64,000 nt of DNA from NCBI GenBank assembly GCA_964458565.1, contig CAYWJO010000003.1, positions 64,001 to 128,000 on the forward strand, written 5' to 3'. Below, in pieces: positions 38,701 through 47,000 of this stretch. The stretch comes from an uncultured archaeon. GTDB taxonomy: Archaea > Asgardarchaeota > Thorarchaeia > Thorarchaeales > Thorarchaeaceae. The notes below the pieces were generated by a model. The model worked only from the letters and a program-made list of their open reading frames with translations, had not been told where the DNA came from and ran no database searches. How positions within the stretch are numbered: position 1 is the stretch's first letter; each line of letters begins with the position of its first letter. The translations under genes and the position numbers were made by a program.

Positions 38701-41700
38701 ACTGTGTAGAGGTTTGATGTTAGGTCACTCCTTGCTGGTCGATAATCAAATGTCACCACAAGAAACGTGGGAGCGTAAAGAGAACTAGAAGGAGTGATTT
38801 CGATAGTAATAGTGTATTTACCTTCAGGGAAATGAAATGAATCAATCGTTACATTATAACGTCCATTATTCCATCCAACAATGGTGACATTTTCGATGGG
38901 GTATCCTTGAATAGTTATATCACCAGCAAATCCATCAATATAGTCCCCATAATATTGTCCTTGTTCACTCACATTGTATTGTAAAACAATCTTGAAGTCG
39001 TCACCATTGGGGAAGATAAGATCACTAGGAGCGTGATAGAGGAGTGTAGTCATACTCCGTATTGTTACTACAAAACCATGTGGCAAGGGTGCTTGGTAGA
39101 AGGTTGAGTTAACAGTAATAGTCAATGTTACTGAGGTCGTTCCTACAGCCCATGTATTAGTATTAAGAAGGACATTGAAATCAGATGCACCATCAGGTTG
39201 AGTTCCATAAGATGATGTAAATGAGAATCCTGTGACATTCTCTACTGACACAAGCAATCCCGTGTCCAAGTCGGTTACGACAACAGTGACTAGTGTGTCA
39301 TTGCCATATGGTTGTGTTAGAATACCTACAACACTCGCTGAAGTATAGTGCGCCCGGATCTGGATATTGAAGTTATAATCCACAGGTGCGATAAAATTAG
39401 AATTTGCCATGACAACTGAAACTGTCACAGCTGTAGTAGATATCGGCCAAGCTGAAGTGTCAAGTGTAAGGGAATAGCCACTTGGAGAGTTTTCAATCTG
39501 TGTACCCTGAATTGAATCAAATGTTATTGAAAAGACATTGCTAGCATCCGCAGGTAATCCAGTATCAAGGTCTATCAATACAACTGTCAGCGGAGTATCA
39601 TCACCGATGGGAACAAGAAAATCTCCTGAAACTGACACTGCAGTATAGTGAGCTCGGAGTGTAAATGTCACATTGACGCTTGCCATATTGTATAATGCAC
39701 CAGGTTTAGTTGCATTGAATATGTACCAATGATTACCTTTTGACAGGTAAGTAGTTGGAATCGATATATTGTACCAACCATTGCCTTCTGCAACTACTGA
39801 AACAGATGTGCCGTTGGCAAATATTACATCCGCTCCCGATATGGGTGACCCAGTATAGGTATCGCGGTAAATGAGTGTAGCAGTGAAGTCATTTCCTATT
39901 GGAGTGGTAGATACAGATGTGTATGTCAATTCAGTAGGGTGATACAGGTCGAGATCAAAAAATGTTGAACTCGATTCGTAATAGGGATGACTAGCTTGAA
40001 TATCGATTCGCCATCGTGTCTCTGAAGAGAGGTCAGAAGTGTTCAATGCAAGTGTGTAGTGGCCGTTTCCTGAATCCTCAAAGTATCGTGTCGTAGATGA
40101 ACCACTAACAGTCCAATTCATTGAGATTGTTGCACCTTCAACTCTCACTGAATCAACGGTATCTGTCATATTCACAGCTACGTAGAGGAGGTCCCCAACA
40201 ACTCTTGCTGAGAGACCATCTCCGGTAGCATCCCCGGGTGAATCAAGTGTAAGGTCTGTTGCATGTCTAACAATGAACTGACGTTCATAAAGACCTGTAC
40301 GATATCCCACAGAACTTCCAGAGTCATTATAGTGAAGACTTGCAGTCCACAATCCAGCAGGAGCACTGGCATCAAGTGATTTCGAGAAGATGGGTTCATA
40401 GGTATCTCGGTTTAACTCACTTCCTACAGAATAGAATGTATTGGGAGATGCAAGGTTGTAGTATTCGGTAAGAATCCAGTTAGATGTACGAATTCCAGTT
40501 GATACTCTTACTTCATCAATATCCCCATCGAAGAAACCAAGATTCCCAGGAATTTGTCCATCTGCAGCTCCTCCACCAATACCCCACTCAGCAACATAAT
40601 TCAGATCAGCAAGAGAAGGTGCTCCTCCATTACCACCCACATCGTTTACACCATTAATGTAAATCTGATTATTAGTAGGATTATTGGCATCCATCGTGCA
40701 TGTAAAGGAATACCATGCACCAGCACTCCAACTGGTAGTTGATGTCCAGACATAGCTATATCCACCTCCACTGGCAAGACTCTCAACCTTGAGAACAAGC
40801 ATTCCACGTGCTGAACCACCTCCGACGGTGCCACTAACATAGTCAGCGCCTGCAAGGGCGATATGCATGTTGTAGTTACCATTTAGATACTTCTCCATAA
40901 CCAATAATGTGTTGGATGTGGAATCAAATGCATTGTCCAATTTGAACCAGCCTGAGATTGTCACATCCGCTGGAGGTGTGAGGTCCCGATTAGAAGATAT
41001 ACTCACCATATCGTTAGCGCCATCAAATGATTGACCAAAACCAAATTTTGCTAGAATTTCATCATTCCCATCTTGATTGCCATAATAGCCGTTCCCAGTT
41101 GCATCCAGATGGGTACCACTTGTTTGTTCATTAGTGACTACTTCATCGAGGTGCCAAACTGCAGCATAGTTGTTAGTCCATACAGCTTGAGGGTTCTCAT
41201 ATGGACCAAGAAGATCACTACCATAATACATTGATATCACTGTATCTACTGTGTTTGATAGATTTGCCTTCACCCAAGAAATTAGATGAGCGGTCATACC
41301 GTTATAGGCGAAAAGCTCAATGTCATGGTCAAGAATCACTCCATCTTGAACGAATACCAAATCTGAGGCATCACTCTTGACATCATATCTAAGATCAGCA
41401 TCGATAATATCAACAAGAACAGGATAGTTGGTTAGGTCAGCAAATACCTGACCATTGTCAATTGTGATGTTTTTTCTGTATTTGAAAGCAGGAAGAAGAT
41501 GGCTGGATGGACTCGAAGTCGTGTTTGATGCCGTATACCATATTGAGCCAGAAGGATCTGTGAGTATTAATTGGGATGTCCCTCCATTCATGGAGGTTGT
41601 GAGGCCTTGGAATAACATGCTATCAGGAATGTCAAATACATCAGTAGAAGATAGCGAACCGAGTGAATCTCCTAATTCTAAATTGAAAATTTGGTTAGAT

Positions 41701-42197
41701 GAAGTGAAGGTTAGTTTCCAGAGCCCAAATGTATCGACTGCGCTACTTTTGACTATAATGACGCCACCAAAATTAGTCCAATCAGAAGGATTTGATTTGG
41801 CAACACCAAGGGGATTGGACACACTCACCGGCAACCATTCGGAGAGGAAATAGTCTACGGAGAAGTTAATATCAACAATTTCAGCAGGTGGTGAGACCGA
41901 TACATACGTTGTCCAAGTCACTGTTGTCGCATTGTTTACTGTGAATGATGAACCTATTGTAATATCCTCAGAGTAGGTCTGCCCAGAAGCAATGTATGTG
42001 GAACCATTAGCAAATTGACCATTGAGTGTGACATTCAGAGGAGAGCCAGTGCCTGAGTATAAGCCGGTCTCTGCCAAGTCAAAGAGATTATGATTTGGTG
42101 CAGTACTCAATGTTGTGGATATGTTAGGTGTCTGGACAGCTGGCAAAATAAGTAGCGTGACAAATACAGCTAGTCCTAGGAATATGCTTCTCCTCAT
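32715..42197 (-). CDS. Giant type I membrane surface protein (about 3,160 aa): signal peptide, DUF2341-like plus LamG head, many Ig-like repeats, TM, conserved cytoplasmic tail
   Basis: MRRSIFLG signal (the ORF stays open to 42293); YRKNITID..LTNYPVLV..D..WVKA..MYYG; VWHLDE..FDG..DEVRVS; TM PIAFPVLLILIVVVGLW. Confidence 0.85.
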   Translation of the reverse strand: MRRSIFLGLAVFVTLLILPAVQTPNISTTLSTAPNHNLFDLAETGLYSGTGSPLNVTLNGQFANGSTYIASGQTYSEDITIGSSFTVNNATTVTWTTYVSVSPPAEIVDINFSVDYFLSEWLPVSVSNPLGVAKSNPSDWTNFGGVIIVKSSAVDTFGLWKLTFTSSNQIFNLELGDSLGSLSSTDVFDIPDSMLFQGLTTSMNGGTSQLILTDPSGSIWYTASNTTSSPSSHLLPAFKYRKNITIDNGQVFADLTNYPVLVDIIDADLRYDVKSDASDLVFVQDGVILDHDIELFAYNGMTAHLISWVKANLSNTVDTVISMYYGSDLLGPYENPQAVWTNNYAAVWHLDEVVTNEQTSGTHLDATGNGYYGNQDGNDEILAKFGFGQSFDGANDMVSISSNRDLTPPADVTISGWFKLDNAFDSTSNTLLVMEKYLNGNYNMHIALAGADYVSGTVGGGSARGMLVLKVESLASGGGYSYVWTSTTSWSAGAWYSFTCTMDANNPTNNQIYINGVNDVGGNGGAPSLADLNYVAEWGIGGGAADGQIPGNLGFFDGDIDEVRVSTGIRTSNWILTEYYNLASPNTFYSVGSELNRDTYEPIFSKSLDASAPAGLWTASLHYNDSGSSVGYRTGLYERQFIVRHATDLTLDSPGDATGDGLSARVVGDLLYVAVNMTDTVDSVRVEGATISMNWTVSGSSTTRYFEDSGNGHYTLALNTSDLSSETRWRIDIQASHPYYESSSTFFDLDLYHPTELTYTSVSTTPIGNDFTATLIYRDTYTGSPISGADVIFANGTSVSVVAEGNGWYNISIPTTYLSKGNHWYIFNATKPGALYNMASVNVTFTLRAHYTAVSVSGDFLVPIGDDTPLTVVLIDLDTGLPADASNVFSITFDSIQGTQIENSPSGYSLTLDTSAWPISTTAVTVSVVMANSNFIAPVDYNFNIQIRAHYTSASVVGILTQPYGNDTLVTVVVTDLDTGLLVSVENVTGFSFTSSYGTQPDGASDFNVLLNTNTWAVGTTSVTLTITVNSTFYQAPLPHGFVVTIRSMTTLLYHAPSDLIFPNGDDFKIVLQYNVSEQGQYYGDYIDGFAGDITIQGYPIENVTIVGWNNGRYNVTIDSFHFPEGKYTITIEITPSSSLYAPTFLVVTFDYRPARSDLTSNLYTVSTPSGTNVTITLHYQDLDRSVGITTATISPTPIDQWIDYSHISDGDYIVEIGVVDFTIGIHQIDLTADADGYDARTVTIAIIVTRIHTDLEPELISVDIPVGNTILFEIEFNDLDNGIPIIGAVTNTNWTTPAPFNLPVQITWISPYYLVNITTSDSDPLGTYLIWFNFTKGAEYQPGYCEVEVTIRTHITIFSSQSAPAPTPYNGIVNISVRYYDFDNKVGITDDSNIQQYIWNTTHWVPSTLINNNNGYYTIQIDASQFPQGLQSFTVYFNWTGPVQKFENRQLQTSVNIIGVDSKLTLMISSEPTPFGEMMNYTFFYSDLSNIGIDNVTAGGGGNVYITVTFQGEVVDMSEVDILEVLGQPGNYSIGFNSSLFGRVGLIYMNVSINWKEGVAPFYTDRSDIISVRVLARDTLVSIEPVTPTAYGENATLLFYFEDVTGGTSTPISDSSSLSITTSLSETPQIIFSTIDRSFTISFNTAQFGAPLGAKSFTLDIVWIGEPFYKNRTGRVILFTITARLTSVEYLSPDPTQYNDTVEFTVAWSDVTTLPALGIYLDTTIELFNGSTPMIGFYDVVNEMDGNYTVTLDTRFYSQPGIYDLTIKFSNGSFFILNRSVTRSFNVRYRVTLLSAIPIEITPFNSTLEFTLNFRDLFSLTTIGNVSGDVEFSITGATWSPAPYLYTINWRGDPFNDYVFDFETYNQPFSVGVVYGFTLRMVYTDQSPFYDSDAVFVEFEFRTRASSLDLIEPPESTRYLDYANVTILFRDTDSGTGITIDTSDITIPAISDYIVYDLGFGYYMVSINTTELGGLGQHSALIQADWTLGSPYHDDASRQVSIITTSRDTNVEVVEPPSLTKYLNNVTFIFTYTDLGSGEYITAITTSNIEVWGDGSLLGGSAFTLIPLTGGRYSLSINSTELSPSLVSGYNLTISVDWNEAVAPYYTDDSTIIRITTTYRSMAYSIELIESGALGENLTFVFKLQDADTGASISGALIGFDAQSVGLAENSDFWITEGSGADLGRYTINVSSLSLTNPGDYLFDLNIRWNPSLQPFYGNLSRVVLTGTIREILTYLTTSIDTIIIPWKESRSFSVTYWSYLYGNETSGATVVWVVPGFASGNLTDPLSTGIYSTSIDASFGDSGTYLIRIEARRDRYQVAIAFITLIIQPIASDIELVDPPDVLVTISRGAGLNISIDLIDLDNAIPILDEYVTNVRVTFVGFDGDDIYYMFYTGIPGRYNVTIPSGSSTVQNPDTYDVRILATFTNYNPATSLLKVLIEETRTRLSFIGDTSQDVSAVYSEFVNFTVLLTAPDISENITEAWVYWYLSETGDSGNFTHIGNGTYSVLFNTTRIGTGIWSISIRANPDDDVYGNSATSLTLTVKRILTTVRRPSGQEKFWGWKGYFNFTYWDIPFNRGVNESNTLVTITITNLPATEALDLGSGTYLVYVDTTLLRPGRYSIEIKFEKENFQDGSALIDLIIQETPTDLNVSTTYVGDPLNLEVPIGDSAEILFFYNDIDDSDGFIGGISDAQTNSTYIFGSYLGITYITLVDVGDGYYRFVFNTLDAWLFNSTGGVPQNDATFTLDVSIKLENRSLSHIRFDLQIVKIPTTVDIVDSYAILEYGQDGYIILQLTDSWPTHNGNGVTGANFTVTSSNNEYVAIKEIEELSIPGRYRVTFTAQAPLLEIFKRQQTSSLTLILSIENYYIDPIPSVQVFANPTQIDVMISTYVPIAFPVLLILIVVVGLWTRVYSIPKRLRQINGQIKTMRKGKVPAPISEAKTRQQLVADLFNDTMASLEITRKPDQLPGESILVEVPEIGELLIQLSILTNLSQEELDEFKADISKMKISEQAAFVKEVIQQEAIRAARREGKGLDTILKEVEEQAQGRLRTIEEGEEFVIDEPSEPGVFDADETPPPMIKPKDAVDPRVKLREELEHPSDSDQLSVFELEELRMDLVRRGVPAHEIETIMEQARELPRDLVQELLKSMGIEDTDITDT

Positions 42198-42396
42198 TTT
42201 TGATGACCTTCTGGAAGATGTAGCGGGATTCATAGTTGGGGGTAATATATGTGTGGGCAGAAATGACTCGTACATCTTGGAGGATAGTCCCATCTATATA
42301 AGAACAAATCTCTTGTTTCCTCTATCCGTAGTGTGGAATAGTTGCCGAAAAATAGAATGCTAGCTCATAGCATAAAATTAAAAATAAAGAGATAAT

Positions 42397-42413
42397 GGCC
42401 GGAGAATCCGGCC
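42397..42413 (-). terminator. Hairpin downstream of gcvH
   Basis: GGCCGGA-GAA-TCCGGCC followed by a T-rich tract on the minus strand. Confidence 0.6.
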
Positions 42414-42423
42414 TTTCAAAGGG

Positions 42424-42867
42424 TTAATCACCCTTCATTGCTTTCTTTTCAGCGACCTCTTTCGTAGCCCATTCAGCTAGACCATTAGGTCCCTGTAAGG
42501 TTGCTAGATCAGCCTCAAGGTTTTCAGCCTCAATGACTGCAATCCAACCTGCACCATATGGATCATTATTAAGAAGTGCAGGATCATCTTTCAGTTTTTC
42601 ATTTACTTCTACGATAGTACCTGAAATTGGAGCTTTTACTGCACCGGTCCATTTTCCGGACTCAAGTGTACCAATGCTACGACCAGCTTTTACATCTTTG
42701 CCAGCAGGTCTGAGTCTAATGAACTTGATCTTGCCTGCTGCGTAGGTGCCTAACGTGGTAAGTCCTATTCGCACTTTGTTACCTTCTACCTTAATCCAGT
42801 TTGAATCTGTGGAGCCGGCGAAGTAGTACATATCGTCTGGGAAATTGAAGCCATCCACTTCTACCAT
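42424..42867 (-). CDS. gcvH: Glycine cleavage system H (lipoyl carrier) protein
   Basis: RIGLT, GTLESGKWTGAVKAPISG (lipoyl Lys), VNEKL..DP.LLN.DPYG.GWI. Confidence 0.9.
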   Translation of the reverse strand: MVEVDGFNFPDDMYYFAGSTDSNWIKVEGNKVRIGLTTLGTYAAGKIKFIRLRPAGKDVKAGRSIGTLESGKWTGAVKAPISGTIVEVNEKLKDDPALLNNDPYGAGWIAVIEAENLEADLATLQGPNGLAEWATKEVAEKKAMKGD

Positions 42868-42937
42868 GGTTTTATCACCCATTATCTTTGAAAATTCTGA
42901 GTTCAATCCTCACTTAAGTACCTTATTCTTATGGGAT

Positions 42938-43138
42938 TTACTTACTCTTACCATTTATGGCATCTCTGAGTGTATCAAGTTCATCGGGCTCAATTTCAAC
43001 ATAGACAGGACCCGAATAACCACACTCCTCAACCGTACAATAATAGGTAGCAGGCACAAGCCAACCACTCACAGAACTCGGTGCTTCCCTGATAGTGGGT
43101 TCACCACATTTTGGGCACACACGTATCTTTGCAGTCAT
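42938..43138 (-). CDS. Small archaeal Zn-ribbon protein
   Basis: CPKCG...GWL.P..Y.C...CGYSG. Confidence 0.7.
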   Translation of the reverse strand: MTAKIRVCPKCGEPTIREAPSSVSGWLVPATYYCTVEECGYSGPVYVEIEPDELDTLRDAINGKSK

Positions 43139-43261
43139 AATGAATTCTCCCGGCTAAGCTACTACTAACATCTCAATGGTTTTTAAATTAGCGGTAATTC
43201 ATAGACATTCGTCTAAGAAAAACACGGGGGTGGTTATATTCATTGATACGGCAGTGTATTA

Positions 43262-44029
43262 GTGATGAGGTTGCCGCACTCTGACATGAAACTAGGCTTT
43301 CAGACAGCCGACAAGGCCATCCGGAGAACAGTGAGCACCGGAATAAAGGCATTAGACACTCTTCTAGATGGCGGTCTCGAACTTGGAATCATGCATCTCT
43401 TCTATGGCGACCGTAGTCTCTACAGGGACATCCTGAAGATGGCAGTACACATTCAATTACCAGAAGAACGTCGAGGTTTATCTAGTCCAACCATCGTCAT
43501 CGATAGCGCCAATATGTTGAAGATTGAGGCACTCACTGAGTACGCCTTTGAATTTGACCTTGAACCGGAGTATGTGATGGATAGGGTCTATATCTCACGG
43601 GCATTCAATAGCTCACAGACTTACGACCTCGTGATGAATCAGCTCGAGTCGTTCCTAGAAAGAATCCCTGCAAAGTTACTGATAGTCTCAGGACTGCCGG
43701 ACCTCTACCTCAGTGAAGGAATCGATGGAGAGGGGTTGCAGCAGATAACGCATATGGCAACCAAGGTGAAGAATCTGGCTCTTCAGAGAAACATTGCTAC
43801 CTTGGTCACCACACAACCTTCACCCAAGAATCCACGGTTTCCTGCCGGAGGAAAAGCACTGTCCAGCAGTGCACAGATTCATGTTCATGTTGAGGAGTCA
43901 AAGTCCTATACACACTACACTCTTGCAAAGCATCCGCAGTTTCCGGTACGCAGAACCTCACGGGCAAAGACCATAGATTTTGGTAGCACTCTTCCTCTAT
44001 CCTACTTCCTCAATCAAGAGGAAGAATAG
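43262..44029 (+). CDS. RadA/Rad51 paralogue lacking canonical Walker motifs
   Basis: STGIKALDTLLDGGLELG, ISRAFNSSQ, PAGGKAL; the P-loop reads YGDRSL with no GKT. Confidence 0.8.
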   Translation: MMRLPHSDMKLGFQTADKAIRRTVSTGIKALDTLLDGGLELGIMHLFYGDRSLYRDILKMAVHIQLPEERRGLSSPTIVIDSANMLKIEALTEYAFEFDLEPEYVMDRVYISRAFNSSQTYDLVMNQLESFLERIPAKLLIVSGLPDLYLSEGIDGEGLQQITHMATKVKNLALQRNIATLVTTQPSPKNPRFPAGGKALSSSAQIHVHVEESKSYTHYTLAKHPQFPVRRTSRAKTIDFGSTLPLSYFLNQEEE

Positions 44030-44047
44030 AGGGGGTGCGTGTACCCT

Positions 44048-47000
44048 CTACTTCTTGCCTGTGAGACTCTTCACAAATTCATCAACCAGCTCACGTGAGA
44101 GATGCTCGGCTTGCTCCATGATAGTATCGATCTCGTGAGGTGGCACACCCTTCTCCTCGAGTTCTTTTCTCAACTCTGCTAGTTCAAAGGGACTGAGTTT
44201 CTCATCAGGGCTAGCAGGTCGTTCTGGTAAGTAGTCCTCAGGTCGTTTATCAGCCATCCGTTTTGCTTCGGGTTCAGCTTTCATGATAGTGGATTCCATC
44301 TCTTCGTCCACATCGATCGGCTCATCGAAGTCGATTGGTGGTTTCTTAGGTCGGTCCTCATCAACAAGGAAGATTGAGTCTTCTTCAGGACCTCGATAGT
44401 CGACTCTTGGGACCTCACCCTCTTCAACTCCTGCAACCGTTCTTGAGGCCTGATCTGCAACCTCCTCGAGTACCTTCTCAACACTCTTACCATCACGTCG
44501 TGCTGCTCTGATTGCTTCCTGATAGATGACTTCTTTCACGAAAGCAGCCTGCTCACTCAACCTCATCTTGGAGATGTCAGCCTTGAACTCGTCAAGCTCA
44601 TCAGGGCTCAGATGAGTAAGAATAGAGAGCTGTACGAGTAACTCACCCATCTCTGGCACTGCAACTATAACAGATTCTGATGGCAGCTGGTCTGGTCTTC
44701 GAGTGATTTTGACCTGTTCAAAGGTATCATTGAATAGCTCAGCAATCAGTTGATCTCGCCTTTTAGCCTCATCAATAGGCTTTGGAACCTTACCTTTGCC
44801 TAGAGCTTTAATCTGTCCATTGATCTGACGAAGTCTCTTTGGTACGCTTAGCACTCTCACGTACAAAGCACCAAGCAATAGTAGAATGAATACTATTGGA
44901 GTTCCATATGATGTGACAGTGGTCAGTGTGTCTTGAAATTCTGTGGGAGTTATTCCAACCAATAATTCGATATCACCATCAACATGGTTAACGCGATAGA
45001 TTCTAATATCAATAACAGAAGACACATCAGGAAGACCAATCGGAAAAAGAACAGGAGCTTCAATTGTTAGTCTGTAAATTCCATTTCCAATTTCTTCCCA
45101 AGATGTGACATTTACAACTTCGGGATTTGATGATATGACCTTAATATAAGCCCCAGTTATTCCATCGCCAACATGACCGGGCCATGCATCATAGAATCTT
45201 AGCTCTACCGTAGTCGGTACAGCATAATTAATATTGATTCTATCCTCACTGTCCACATTGTTTGATGTAAAGGCAGTATCTGTGGGGACATCTATAATCG
45301 TGATGAATATGGTGATAATAGATTGAGTTCTGTTCGCAGTTCTGAGAGGGATTGTAAATCGATATCTAGCATCATCAACTCTGAAAAGACTCGTATCAAA
45401 GGTGAAACTGTAGTTACCATTTCCGAGCTCAATAATGTCAAGAGGACTTGTATCATATACAGGATGATAGTATCTAGCATAATCAACCTCATCCAAGGTC
45501 CAATTGGCTCCTTCAACCCCTCCAATAAATGGTGTGTCCCATGGAGCAACTGTGGCATTATAAAATAATATCACTGTGATAGAATCACCAAATGGCACCA
45601 CAAGCTGAGTGGCATCCATACTGGAGTTACTGTACTTTGGCGGATAAACAACAATCTCCGTTGGAATGGATCTTACCCTCACCCGAACTGTTCTAGGAAT
45701 ATAATCATAATTATCCTTTCTAAAGTCTACAGTTAGGGAATACTCTTCAGTACTTGGTTCGACAAGAGTGCTGTCAATGAAAATACCATATGTTCCATTC
45801 CCAAATGGCGTCGCATTGAATTTCCTATTCGCCCACTGGTATGTAACAGTTGCATTGATAACAAGTGATTCATGATCCTCATCAACAAAATTGAAACCAT
45901 AAGTTCCATTTCCACCCCAAAATATTGCGGGTATTTCTGGTGCTTCAACCAAGGTATGAATTGCTCTGATACTAAGGGTTGTTGTTGTGCTATTCGATGT
46001 GTATTCCTTGTTGAGTGGAACAGCAGATATTCTCAATGTATAGGTCTGTGCTGGATATTGACTGGTATCGATAGAGACATTGTAGTATCCCCAATAATTT
46101 GCTCCAAAAACTGACCGATTTAAGAGATATAGCGGATATGGTGTTCCTTCACCGATCAGGCTCATTGTTACAGTTGCATCATTTCTCCAATGTTCGTCAG
46201 GATTCTCTGTTTCATTGATATAAGGTGCATATACCCACACACCCACCTCAACAATCTGAGACCAATAGAAGTTCTCATCAGCAATGCTTTGTGAATTAAT
46301 ATCAAGCTGAACAACAGTCATAGTCTGTTTTACAACGAGAGTCATGATGATTGGTGAGATGAGATAGTTGTTCTTTGATGCTTCAATGACCAGAGTATAC
46401 GTTCTAGAAGCCTCTGCATCATCAGTATCGAGGATAAAGGAATAGTTGCCTCCGGTTTCCTGCGTGAAGTATTCAGATTGCTCGCTACCAAAATCCCAAG
46501 TAATTAGTACATTTGCATCAATTACTCCTTCACCAGCATAGGGAGAGTCACTCACTTCTAGATTCACTCGGATAGTCACTTCAGAACCCCTAGTTGTATC
46601 AAGAGTGAAATCATCACCTGATGGATTAATACTCACAGGAATTTGGAGTATTGTCAATGTGACTGATTTTGTCTGAGTTATGTGATTCTCATAACTAGCA
46701 ATTATCTGGATGGCATAGGTTCCGTGAGGTACTAGTTGTGTATCTAAGGAGAATGTGAAATTACCAGGAACTCCTGTAGCTATGAGGGGGATGTCTGAAC
46801 CTAGAATCCAGCTATAGGTCAAATCACCAGCTAGGACTGGTCTACTGTGTACAGTATCATAATAGACAGCTGTAATCGTCACTTCGTCTCTCCAGTAAAC
46901 AGAAATACTAGAATCTGAAAGAGTAAGGTCGGTCTCTACTTGTTTAATTTCTATGTCGAAGTATACAGCAGAGATTGAATAGCTGGACAGAGATAACACA

